Origin: Candidatus Jordarchaeales archaeon
GTDB lineage: Archaea > Asgardarchaeota > Jordiarchaeia > Jordiarchaeales > Freyrarchaeaceae
DNA: 32,000 nucleotides
Assembly (NCBI GenBank): GCA_038889235.1
Contig: JAWAHN010000003.1
Location: 203,703-235,702 of the forward strand
Direction of reading: 5' to 3'
Part shown: positions 8,575 through 17,300 of the stretch, in pieces
Layout: every line of letters begins with the position of its first letter
Position numbering within the stretch: the stretch's first letter is position 1
Notes under the pieces: model-generated
Told to the model about the DNA's origin: nothing
Databases searched by the model: none
What the model saw: only the letters and a program-made list of their open reading frames with translations
Made by a program: the position numbers and the translations under genes

Positions 8575-9981
8575 TTGTCTTCTGATATGGTTTCCCTTCC
8601 AGAAGAGATTGTTGAAGCTCTTAGCCGTAGAGGGGGGTTCAGCCTTCTAGTTAAGGGTGATCCAGGATCCGGGAAAACTATTTTCGCGTTAAGTGTTTGC
8701 AATGCTTTCAGCAAATCCTATGAATGCTTCTACGTGACTTCAAGGTCCACGGCTGACGAAATCAAAAGGTATTACCCAATAGTGGAGAAGTTTTTTGACG
8801 AGAGGAGAGTTATAGATGCGACGGAAAGTAAAGCTGAAGTCAAGCTTGAAACCGCCATTTCGCTGAGAATGTATGACAAACCCTCGTTTCTTCAAAGACT
8901 TTACTCCATAATTCACTCCACAATTGGAGCCGAAAAGAGAGCACCACTAGTAGTCGTAGACAGTTTGGAAGCATTAAAGGAGAGCATGAAGCTTGCTAGG
9001 GACGACTCAAGCCTCGAGGACGCATTAATAGACATAGCTAGAGAAACTGAGGGGAAAATTCTTTTCGTTTCGGAGAGCGCGGAGAAATCGTTCTTAGATT
9101 ACTTGGTCGACGGGATTGTAACTCTCAGAAAGGAGGAAGATAACGGTCACTTGTTAAGGTTTATCAAAATAGAGAAGCTGCGCGGCATCAAAGTAGTGCG
9201 GCCTACCTATTTGTTCACTCTTGAGGGAGGAATATTCAACGCTACACGCTTTGAAGCATTCTCTATGACGCAAAAAATCATTCAAAGCAACGAAAAATTT
9301 GAACTAATATACCGTGAGCCAACCATTAAAGGGCGTGTTTCGACAGGAATAAGGCAACTCGATGAGCTAATTGGAGGATACATTAAAGGAAGCCTCAACC
9401 TCATAGAAGTAGCAAAAGGGGTTGGAGAATTTTACGACTACTTTTACCTGCCAACAGTGATAAACCACGTTATCAGTGGAGGAAAAGTGGTTATAATTCC
9501 TCCAGGAGGGCTCTCCGCGTCTTTCATAAGGCACGTCTTAACGAGGATTCTACCTGAAGCCAGCGTTAGGAACAACATCACCATAGTAAAGTACATGTAC
9601 GGGGAAGAGAGCGATACGACTATGCTTAAAGGAAAGAACCTTCTTGAGGACGCCGAATTCTTCTTTAGACAGCTCGGGGAAGAAGGGCTTATCGTGTTTG
9701 GAATGGACACGCTTCAACACGTATACGGACTAGACGAGCTAAAGAGATCCCTTGGACGACTGGTAGCCAGGATTAAGCACGACAAAATAGTTGCAGTTGG
9801 AATAGTTAAGTACGGGCAAGAGATCATAGACCTGCTTAACCACCTAGCCGATACACACCTAATGGTCAAGAATGTTAACGGAAACATAATTGCCTACGGC
9901 ATCATACCGTGCACACCAGCCTTATACCCCCACCTTGCAAAAGGAAGAATCTTGGAGGTAAATCTAACAGCCATAATATGA
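8575..9981 (+). CDS. GvpD-like KaiC/RecA-superfamily ATPase (intact N-terminal P-loop, degenerate second domain)
   Basis: FSLLVKGDPGSGKT, FYVTSR, VVVDSLEAL and IEKLRG in domain 1. Second domain starts VSTGIRQLDELIGG but has no Walker A. Start TTG 8575 or ATG 8587. Confidence 0.82.
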   Translation: MSSDMVSLPEEIVEALSRRGGFSLLVKGDPGSGKTIFALSVCNAFSKSYECFYVTSRSTADEIKRYYPIVEKFFDERRVIDATESKAEVKLETAISLRMYDKPSFLQRLYSIIHSTIGAEKRAPLVVVDSLEALKESMKLARDDSSLEDALIDIARETEGKILFVSESAEKSFLDYLVDGIVTLRKEEDNGHLLRFIKIEKLRGIKVVRPTYLFTLEGGIFNATRFEAFSMTQKIIQSNEKFELIYREPTIKGRVSTGIRQLDELIGGYIKGSLNLIEVAKGVGEFYDYFYLPTVINHVISGGKVVIIPPGGLSASFIRHVLTRILPEASVRNNITIVKYMYGEESDTTMLKGKNLLEDAEFFFRQLGEEGLIVFGMDTLQHVYGLDELKRSLGRLVARIKHDKIVAVGIVKYGQEIIDLLNHLADTHLMVKNVNGNIIAYGIIPCTPALYPHLAKGRILEVNLTAII

Positions 9982-10103
9982 AAATTTCGCAACCAAGAGC
10001 GACTTGCAATCGAAACAACAGTTCAAGTGCACGTCTCCCCCAGCAACATGAAATTAAAGCTGCTGAAAGACTATCATGCAAAAGTGCACCACGTTGACGC
10101 TTC

Positions 10104-10133
10104 AAAGGAGGAGCACAACCTCCTTTTTCTTTC
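10104..10133 (+). terminator. Hairpin plus T-rich tract after the GvpD-like gene
   Basis: AAAGGAGG(10104-10111)-agcacaa-CCTCCTTT(10119-10126) is an 8-bp perfect stem, followed by TTCTTT. Confidence 0.4.
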
Positions 10134-10160
10134 CCTCAATTCTTTATTCTCTATTAACTT

Positions 10161-10192
10161 TTTTAATATAAAGTATAAGGTATATATATTGA
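10161..10192 (+). promoter_or_regulatory. TATA-rich promoter for the KaiC-like gene
   Basis: ttttaatataaagtataaggtatatatattga lies directly upstream of the ORF. Confidence 0.45.
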
Positions 10193-10244
10193 AGTGCATC
10201 TGAAGTTATTTGTAGTTGAAACGGCTGTTGGGTGGAAGGGGCTC

Positions 10245-11609
10245 TTGAAGTCTGGTATCAGGGGTCTGGACGATGTGGCGGGTGGTTTTCCGGATAGGGG
10301 GATTGTGGTTATTGCTGGTGGCCCGGGGATAGGTAAGACTGTGATGGCTGCTCAGTTCGTCTATAATGGTGCGGTCATGTTTGGCGATAGGGGGGTTTAC
10401 GTTAGCTTTTCTGAGTCTAAGGAGGAGTTTTACGGTAACATGCTTGCCTTTGGCATGGATTTCGACGAATTGGAGAGGAAGGGGTTGTTTCGCTTTCTCA
10501 GCCTTATGATCTTGGGTGGAAAAAACTCGTTTACGCGGTGTATGGATGAAGTATTTGAGTCTATTGCTGCTATTAAGGCTAAGCGTGTGGTTTTAGATTC
10601 GATAAACGCTGTAACATTCGCGATGAGCGACGAAGAGGCTAGGCGCTTCGCCAATGTTTTGAGGACGCTTATGAAGAACATGGACGCTGTCTGCTTTCTG
10701 GTGTACGAGACTTCGAGTGAAGTTAAGAGCGAGGAGCTTGGGCCCATAGCTTTCGCAGCCGACATGGTTTTACTTTTGAGGTGGAAGGAGGAGGAAGGTG
10801 TGAAGGTGAGGGAGCTCGAGCTATTGAAGACTAGAGGGGCCCCGGTGGAGAAGGCGTCCTACGAGTTTGACGTTGACAGGGAGCATGGTGGAGTATGGGT
10901 GATCGCGCTGCCGAAAAGCATACCCGACGTGGGAAGTGAAGTGGTGTCTACTGGTTTAAACTGGTTTGACAGCGCTGTAGGTGGAGGGTTAAGGCGGGGG
11001 AGCCTCACGCTGATTAAAGGTGAGACAGGGTCAGGCAAAACTTGTCTCAGCGCTCAGATAGCTATCGGTATAGCTAGTGCTGGGAAACGGTGTGTCTACG
11101 TTTCAACTGAGGACGGAGAGAGCGTGGCGAGGATCATTAAGGGATTCAACCCCGACGCGGAGCTGGAGGACGAACGGCTGAATGTGGTGAGCATTGTTCC
11201 AGAGGAGTATGGGGTTCAGAGGATATACAGTTTCTTCGACAATATAGTGCGCAAGAGGAGGCCCGACTTGCTCGTAATAGACAGTTTGACGCCGTTCAAG
11301 CACAGCCTCCCACAGGCGAGACTTTACAAGTTTCTAAGGTTCCTCCAACTTCTGGCAAGGGTTAACGGCTTGATCGTGATAGCTACACTCACCCTCTCAT
11401 TAATAGAGGAGGCCCTTGAAACAGATATTCTAGGACTCTTCGACAACATGCTGATACTGAGAAACATGCCAACGGACGGGGCGCCTCACAGGCTACTGTT
11501 CATAGTTAAGGTGAGGGGGAGCGATCACAGGAAGACACCTATTCGGCTTGAAGTGACAAGCAAGGGGGTAACGTGCGTAAGCGAGGAAAGCCTCATGCCA
11601 GCAATTTAA
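10245..11609 (+). CDS. KaiC-family double-domain ATPase (RAD55/KaiC-like)
   Basis: Two RecA-fold domains: GGPGIGKT/VVLDSIN/LLKTRG and GETGSGKT/LVIDSLT/IVKVRGS. TTG 10245 (MKSGIRGLDD) preferred because the track GTG at 10194 abuts the TATA region. Confidence 0.88.
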   Translation: MKSGIRGLDDVAGGFPDRGIVVIAGGPGIGKTVMAAQFVYNGAVMFGDRGVYVSFSESKEEFYGNMLAFGMDFDELERKGLFRFLSLMILGGKNSFTRCMDEVFESIAAIKAKRVVLDSINAVTFAMSDEEARRFANVLRTLMKNMDAVCFLVYETSSEVKSEELGPIAFAADMVLLLRWKEEEGVKVRELELLKTRGAPVEKASYEFDVDREHGGVWVIALPKSIPDVGSEVVSTGLNWFDSAVGGGLRRGSLTLIKGETGSGKTCLSAQIAIGIASAGKRCVYVSTEDGESVARIIKGFNPDAELEDERLNVVSIVPEEYGVQRIYSFFDNIVRKRRPDLLVIDSLTPFKHSLPQARLYKFLRFLQLLARVNGLIVIATLTLSLIEEALETDILGLFDNMLILRNMPTDGAPHRLLFIVKVRGSDHRKTPIRLEVTSKGVTCVSEESLMPAI

Positions 11610-11690
11610 GTCTGTGAGTCCTCGTAGGCGAGGAAAGAGTTTTATTAGTTCGAAGATAGCAAGAGTTCTTTTAACGGGGAGTGTTTAGCC

Positions 11691-12917
11691 TTGAGGGCTA
11701 TCGTAGTTGAGTTTAGCCTTCTGAAAGCCGCCCTGACTCTCGTGGGGGCGAAGCTGAGCAAAAGTGCCTATTATGGTCCCCTATCCATAGTTTCCTTCCG
11801 CGACGACTATCCTGAACCGGAGCTGCGAGGGCCTGAATGGGTTAAGGTCAAGAGCGTCTTGTCTGGGATCTGTGGCTCCGATATGCGGCTGATAACGCTC
11901 GCGGAGAGCATGTACCTCTACCCTCTCACATCCTTCCCGCTAGTTCTAGGCCACGAGGTCGTCGGAGTGGTGGAAGAGGTTGGAGAGAAGGTTAGGGGAG
12001 TGGTGGAGGGGGATAGAGTCGTACTGGACGACATTTTGTCGTGTAGGGTTAGAGGGATAGAGGAGCTCTGCCCGTCGTGCCGTGAAGGTAGGTACTCCAT
12101 ATGTTACAACTTCGATAGGGGCAACCTTTCCCCGGGGATGTTTACGGGGTTCTGCCGGGACACCGGCGGCGCCTGGAGCGACTACTTTGTAGCCCACGAG
12201 TTTCAGCTGTTCAAGGTTCCAGAGGGCGTCAGCAACGAAGCGGCAGTATTCACTGAACCGTTTGCCGTATCGCTCCACGCAGCTCTCAAGGCTTTTCCGA
12301 GGGACGACGAGACGGTTGCGGTTGTCGGGTGCGGTGTGATGGGAGTAGGCGTCATAGCGGCGTTGAGAGCCCTAGGCTTCAAGGGAGAGATTATAGGAAT
12401 AGACCTCTACAAGTTTCAGGGAGATATGGCTAAGAGGTTTGGCGCAACGCGGACGATCGTCGCCGAGGAAGGTGGGAGGGTTGTAGAGGACTTGGCTGAG
12501 CTAACCGGCGGCAGGGTCTACTACCCTCCCAGGGAGAAGCCGATGTTTGTGGGTGGTGGCGTGGACATTGTATTCGAGTGTGTTGGGCAGCCTGGAACAG
12601 TGGACGACTCTCTCAGGATAGCGAAGCCTGGTGGAACAGTAGTCCTCGTCGGAACAGCTGGGAAGCTCAACGTGGACTGGGCACCAGTCTTCTCAAAGGA
12701 GATTGTAGTTAAGGGGGTTTTAGGATCGGGGGAGGAGAAGGTTGACGGTAAGAGGAGAGCTTTCGACCTAGCACTCGAGTTCTTCTCTAAGGGTAAAGTC
12801 GACCTTTCCCCGCTACTGACACACAAGTTCCCAATAGAGAAGTGGAAGGAGGCGTTGAAAGTAAACCTCAACAAGAGAAAGTACAAGGCGATAAAGGTGG
12901 CATTCACCTTCCAGTAA
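11691..12917 (+). CDS. Zinc-dependent medium-chain alcohol dehydrogenase (MDR)
   Basis: Catalytic GICGSD and GHE, structural Zn motif C..(x8)CPSC(x7)C, Rossmann motif GCGVMG. TTG start after GGGGAG. Confidence 0.92.
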   Translation: MRAIVVEFSLLKAALTLVGAKLSKSAYYGPLSIVSFRDDYPEPELRGPEWVKVKSVLSGICGSDMRLITLAESMYLYPLTSFPLVLGHEVVGVVEEVGEKVRGVVEGDRVVLDDILSCRVRGIEELCPSCREGRYSICYNFDRGNLSPGMFTGFCRDTGGAWSDYFVAHEFQLFKVPEGVSNEAAVFTEPFAVSLHAALKAFPRDDETVAVVGCGVMGVGVIAALRALGFKGEIIGIDLYKFQGDMAKRFGATRTIVAEEGGRVVEDLAELTGGRVYYPPREKPMFVGGGVDIVFECVGQPGTVDDSLRIAKPGGTVVLVGTAGKLNVDWAPVFSKEIVVKGVLGSGEEKVDGKRRAFDLALEFFSKGKVDLSPLLTHKFPIEKWKEALKVNLNKRKYKAIKVAFTFQ

Positions 12918-12990
12918 GCATGTAGAAGTAGCCGGGGGCACAAAGACCTCTCTTTTCACTTCATCGTGTCCTCTGGTTTTTCTTGAGCTC

Positions 12991-13041
12991 AAAAATGTAT
13001 TTAAGAGCAGTTTGCCACTTCTCTAGGAGACTTTCGAAAGT
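12991..13041 (+). promoter_or_regulatory. Promoter of the ferredoxin-aor operon with a downstream palindrome
   Basis: aaaaatgTATTTAAG (12991-13005, BRE/TATA-like) and a perfect 12-bp palindrome ACTTTCGAAAGT (13030-13041) before the RBS GGAGGGGG. Confidence 0.4.
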
Positions 13042-13062
13042 GATGGAAAAGGAGGGGGTTTA

Positions 13063-13467
13063 TTGGTAAGGCGGCTTTCAGTGGTTGACCCCGAGCGGTG
13101 CGTCGGCTGCCAGATGTGCATGTTCGCATGTACGCGCAGGTTTAGCCTAGGAGGGTTCGGTAGGAGTACGATACTAGTTAAGTCTGTTGGCGGGGTAGAG
13201 CGAGGGTTTGTTGTCGTTGTTTGTAGAGCTTGCGACGAGCCTGCTCCGTGCGTTCGCGTATGCCCTACAGACGCACTGGTCTCTAGAGAGGGGAAGGGAG
13301 TTAAGCTTGTTAGGGATAAGTGCATTGGCTGCGGGAAGTGCGTTGAAGCCTGCCCGATAGGGGCTGTTTTCTGGGATGAGGAGAGTGGGAAGCCAGCTAT
13401 ATGCGTCTACTGCGGGTACTGCGCCGATTACTGTGAGTATGGAGTGATAAAGCTTGAGGAGGTGTAA
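13063..13467 (+). CDS. 4Fe-4S ferredoxin-like electron-transfer subunit of AOR
   Basis: CVGCQMCMFAC, CRACDEPAPCVRVCP, CIGCGKCVEACP and CVYCGYCADYC. TTG after GGAGGGGG. Stop is 2 nt before aor. Confidence 0.92.
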   Translation: MVRRLSVVDPERCVGCQMCMFACTRRFSLGGFGRSTILVKSVGGVERGFVVVVCRACDEPAPCVRVCPTDALVSREGKGVKLVRDKCIGCGKCVEACPIGAVFWDEESGKPAICVYCGYCADYCEYGVIKLEEV

Positions 13468-13469
13468 GC

Positions 13470-15233
13470 ATGCCGCACAGCGCTTTACCCTCAAAGGTTC
13501 TCTACATAGACCTAACTAGGAGGCGCTTCTGGGTTGAGGACAGAGGCGATCTTTTCGAGGAATACCTTGGAGGGGCTGGGGTAGCAGCACAGCTGCTTAA
13601 GGAGGAGTGCCCTAAAGGGACAGACCCGTTCAGCCCCGACAACCCGATAATATTCGCAGTCGGGCCGCTCACCTGTCTTTTCCCTATGGCGTCTAAAACA
13701 GTCGCAATGTTCAAGTCACCCTTAACAGGAGAGCTTGGGGAGAGCCATGCCGGTGGCAGGAGCGCCATAGCCATAAGGTCGGCTGGCTACGGGGCAATAG
13801 TTATCAAGGGAGCAAGCGACATGCCCATCTATGTTGCAGTGCACGGGAGCAAGGTGTACTTCAGGGATGCTGCAGCGTATTGGGGGATGGAGAGCGCGCT
13901 GACCGTTGGCAGGGTGATAAGGGAGAACGAGCCGGGGAGTGGTGTGAGGTCGATAATGAGGATAGGAAGGGCTGGAGAGAAACTGGTGAGGTACGCCATG
14001 GTCATGACGGAGACATTCAGGCACTTCGGACGCCTAGGCTTGGGTGCGGTTTTCGGAAGCAAGAAGCTGAAGGCACTTGTGGTCTCAGGCAAGAACACCG
14101 TGGAAGTTCCGAACAAGAAGCTCTTCAGGGATGTTTACGACGAGCTCTTCAAGCTCATGGTCGAGTCAGACCTCCTCAAAAAGTACCACGAGATAGGCAC
14201 GCCCATAAACGTGCTCACGCTTAACGCCCTTAAGGGTCTACCGACACGGAACCTTAAGAGCGGCGAGTTTGAAGGAGCAGAAGCTATATCAGGCGAGAAG
14301 CTAGCAGAGGACTTTTTGGGAAGGAGGGTTGCGTGCGCCCACTGCCCGGTCGCGTGCATACACTTAGCAGCCCTAAGGGAACCCTACGAGGAGGAACCAT
14401 ACTTCTACAAGACAACATGGGTGTCATACGACTACGAGCTGACATACGCTCTCGGATCCATGCTCGGCATATCAGACACCGTCGGCTTCCTCAAACTGGT
14501 CGACACCGTGGAGAAGTACGGTTTAGACGCCATGAGCACCGGGGTTTGCCTAGCGTGGGCGACTGAAGCATACGAAAGGAAGCTGATCTCCAAGGAAGAC
14601 CTTAACGGGCTGGAGCCCAAGTGGGGGGACCACGAAACTTACATAAAGATGACCAAGTTGATCGTGACCCAGCCCAACGACTTCTACAAGAGCCTCGCCA
14701 TGGGAGTTGAGGCTGCAGCAACTAAGTACGGGGGGCTGGACTTCGCTCTATCCTTCGGAGGAAACGAGATGCCGGGCTACCACACTGGGCCAGCAGCGCA
14801 CGTAGGCTACCTGACAGGAGCCAGGCACAGCCACCTGGACTCGGCGGGCTACAGCCTAGACGAGAAAACCATTGGAGCGACGCCGAGCCCGGAGAAAATA
14901 GCGGATGAACTTTTCAAGGAGGAGGCATGGCGCCAAGTTCTTTCAAGCCTTGTAGTCTGCTTCTTCGCCCGCAGAGTTTACACGCCGGAAAACACGTCTA
15001 AAGCACTGCGCGCAGCAGGGGTCGAGAGAAGCGTGGAAGAGCTTACCTCGCTGGGAACTAAAATACTAGCAGAGAAGTACGAATTTAAGTTCAGGGAAGG
15101 CTTCAACCCAGAAAACCTCAGGGTGCCCAAGAGGATCTTTGAAACCCCAACCCCGCACGGGAAAATAAGCGAGGAAACAGTGAGGAAAGCAGTACAGTTA
15201 TACGTTGAAAAAGTCAAATCCGTTAAGAAATAG
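13470..15233 (+). CDS. aor: Aldehyde:ferredoxin oxidoreductase family (W/Mo-pterin) catalytic subunit
   Basis: KSPLTG, ESHAGG, GRLGLGAVFGSKKLKA, CAHCPVAC, DYELTYALG and GLDAMSTG. ATG after GAGGAGGTG. Confidence 0.93.
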   Translation: MPHSALPSKVLYIDLTRRRFWVEDRGDLFEEYLGGAGVAAQLLKEECPKGTDPFSPDNPIIFAVGPLTCLFPMASKTVAMFKSPLTGELGESHAGGRSAIAIRSAGYGAIVIKGASDMPIYVAVHGSKVYFRDAAAYWGMESALTVGRVIRENEPGSGVRSIMRIGRAGEKLVRYAMVMTETFRHFGRLGLGAVFGSKKLKALVVSGKNTVEVPNKKLFRDVYDELFKLMVESDLLKKYHEIGTPINVLTLNALKGLPTRNLKSGEFEGAEAISGEKLAEDFLGRRVACAHCPVACIHLAALREPYEEEPYFYKTTWVSYDYELTYALGSMLGISDTVGFLKLVDTVEKYGLDAMSTGVCLAWATEAYERKLISKEDLNGLEPKWGDHETYIKMTKLIVTQPNDFYKSLAMGVEAAATKYGGLDFALSFGGNEMPGYHTGPAAHVGYLTGARHSHLDSAGYSLDEKTIGATPSPEKIADELFKEEAWRQVLSSLVVCFFARRVYTPENTSKALRAAGVERSVEELTSLGTKILAEKYEFKFREGFNPENLRVPKRIFETPTPHGKISEETVRKAVQLYVEKVKSVKK

Positions 15234-15290
15234 CGTCACATGGTTCAAAGACATGTTGGTAAAGCGGCCGGGAAAATTTAAAGCCAAAAC

Positions 15291-16235
15291 TCACTTTTTC
15301 TGCTTTTTCAGTTTCAGCTCAAACAGTTTATCCGCTAGGAGTGCTATGTACTCGGAGTTCTCAAGCTTTCTCACCCACTCTCGCGGTATTCCCTCCTCTC
15401 CATGGTATGCCCCACTTATCGCTCCAGTCATCGCCCCGATAGTGTCAGTGTCTCCCCCAAGGCTCACAGCGTAGAGCACAGCCTTCCTGAAGCTACCAGT
15501 GTTGGCTGCAAAGCAGTACACTGCCGTCGGAACAGATCTGAAAGCCTCAATGCCGTTACCTAACACAGATACAACTTCCCTCTTATCAGCAGCCCTCTCA
15601 AGAAGGCGAACCGCGTTTCTTAACGCCTCCCTGTAAACCTCCTCCCGCGTGAACGCCTCCAACGTCTCTAGGAAATCTCTAGGGTCGAGGCTTGGAGGTT
15701 TAGCTTTAACGGCAAGAGAAACAGCGTAAGCCTGAACAACCGCGCCCTCGATTCCCAAGGGGTGGGCGTGCGTTATGAGGCTTGACTTCTCAGCGATAAC
15801 TCTCAACTCCTCCGGGTCGTCAAAGTACAGCAGGCCGACTGGCGCCACTCTCATCGCCGCACCGTTACCAAACGATCCCTCACCGCCAAACAGCCTCCTG
15901 CCGGCAACATCCCACCGCTCCCCCCGCTCAATCATCCTGAAAACCATAGGAGGACCCGCACCGTAACCCCTAACAAGACGGTCGAGCTCTGGGTCATAGT
16001 TTTTCACGAAAGTCTTAGCCATATGCTCACCATCGAAGCCTCCAACTTCAATCAGCGACTCGGCAACTCCAATCATCATCTCGGTGTCATCCGTGTATCT
16101 TCCATCGAAATACGGCTCCTCCTCCACCAACAATGGAGGGCCACCCTCGAGGGGACGCCCCACAGCGTCCCCGACACCGGTACCAAGCATACCCCCTCTA
16201 AACTTAGAACGAAGCAAGCCCACATCCAATCTCAA
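15291..16235 (-). CDS. ADP-ribosylglycohydrolase (ARH/DraG family)
   Basis: GDAVG, YTDDTE, GNGAAMRVAP, ITHAHP and GGDTDTIGAMTGAISGA. Confidence 0.93.
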   Translation of the reverse strand: MRLDVGLLRSKFRGGMLGTGVGDAVGRPLEGGPPLLVEEEPYFDGRYTDDTEMMIGVAESLIEVGGFDGEHMAKTFVKNYDPELDRLVRGYGAGPPMVFRMIERGERWDVAGRRLFGGEGSFGNGAAMRVAPVGLLYFDDPEELRVIAEKSSLITHAHPLGIEGAVVQAYAVSLAVKAKPPSLDPRDFLETLEAFTREEVYREALRNAVRLLERAADKREVVSVLGNGIEAFRSVPTAVYCFAANTGSFRKAVLYAVSLGGDTDTIGAMTGAISGAYHGEEGIPREWVRKLENSEYIALLADKLFELKLKKQKK

Positions 16236-16433
16236 ACACCGGAAAATAACCCTCCCCCCACTACCTAATTAACCTTCTCTTTTAAATAGGGCAAGGAAGC
16301 ATACGAATCCGAATTGTATCAAAAGTTGTAAAAGTAACGAATAATATTAAGACTTGAAAGAAAAAGCGAAAAATATATATTGTTAGAAAAACGCCATATT
16401 GTCTAAAACTTGTAAAGAACAGGTGGTGTCTGA

Positions 16434-17036
16434 GTGGGGCGGTGGAGGTATAAGCTACTCGGCGTTCTAATGCTCGCTCTGGTGTCCTGTATAGTGGTTT
16501 CAAGTTCTCCGGTTGCCGCTGTAAGCAGCGGTTACACTGGTGACGGCAACAACCTCAACTTGAGTCTCCTGCAGAAGGGCGACATAATAGCAGTCTCGGG
16601 AGTAGTAATGGGTGGACTTCTAGACGTGGTAGTACCGGGACACTTTACTCACGTCGCCATGTACATCGGGAACGGGATGATGATTGAGGCATGGAAGGAT
16701 GGTGTGCGGGTGATCAGTGTTACCGAGGTTTTGAAGGCTAACGATGCTGCAATAGTTAGGGTTAGGACTTCGGACAGCATTAAGCAAGCTGCAGTAAACT
16801 GGGCGCTGACGAAAGTGGGCTACCCATACGACTACATTTGGCTGACGTACGTTGGAGGCAAGCAAGTTTACGGTAACAGCTACTACTGCAGTGAGCTGTG
16901 CTGGGCAGCCTACTTGGCTGTCGGTGGACCAGACATAGACCAGAACCCCGGCTGGTCATGGAAATACGGTTACAATGTTGCGCCACAAGAGATAGTCGAC
17001 GATGGAGACACCTATATAGTGGCATACTCTGCTTAG
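16434..17036 (+). CDS. Secreted permuted papain-like NlpC/P60 hydrolase (YaeF/YiiX family)
   Basis: N-terminal signal-like segment MGRWRYKLLGVLMLALVSCIVVSSSPVAA. Motifs LQKGDII, FTHVAMYIGNG (His before Cys), GYPYDY, YYCSELCWAAY and VAPQEI. GTG after AGGTGGTG. Confidence 0.88.
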   Translation: MGRWRYKLLGVLMLALVSCIVVSSSPVAAVSSGYTGDGNNLNLSLLQKGDIIAVSGVVMGGLLDVVVPGHFTHVAMYIGNGMMIEAWKDGVRVISVTEVLKANDAAIVRVRTSDSIKQAAVNWALTKVGYPYDYIWLTYVGGKQVYGNSYYCSELCWAAYLAVGGPDIDQNPGWSWKYGYNVAPQEIVDDGDTYIVAYSA

Positions 17037-17048
17037 GTTCTGCTACAC

Positions 17049-17068
17049 TTTCTATTTTCTTCTTTTTT
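17049..17068 (+). terminator. Oligo-T tract after the NlpC/P60 gene
   Basis: tttctattttcttctttttt starts 12 nt after the stop, typical of archaeal terminators. Confidence 0.4.
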
Positions 17069-17300
17069 AGTTGATTTTAAGGAAAAAGAGGGTTGATTTG
17101 TCTAGAAGGCTTGGCGAAAATTATTAGGGAGGCTTTTTGGTTCCACGTGGAGAGTGAAATTTATTGGTGAATCGTGGATTGGGCGGGGTTGGAGGTGGCT
17201 TGGCTCGGATTTGCTGACTTTTAAGAGTTGGAAGTGTGTTGCCGGTTTGGGGTGGCCGGCCGTGATTCACGTGTTTGAAACGTTTCTAGCGGGAGTGGTT

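Noticed and set aside
9982-10203. Open frame continuing after the TGA of the GvpD-like gene (readthrough or Sec idea), plus short overlapping ORFs
   Set aside because: The protein already ends like its family, the stop is not at a Cys-like position, no SECIS is seen, and the extension runs through terminator and promoter sequence.
8575-11609. Circadian clock or gas vesicle cluster
   Set aside because: No kaiA, kaiB or gvpA-type genes, and the KaiC phosphosites are absent.
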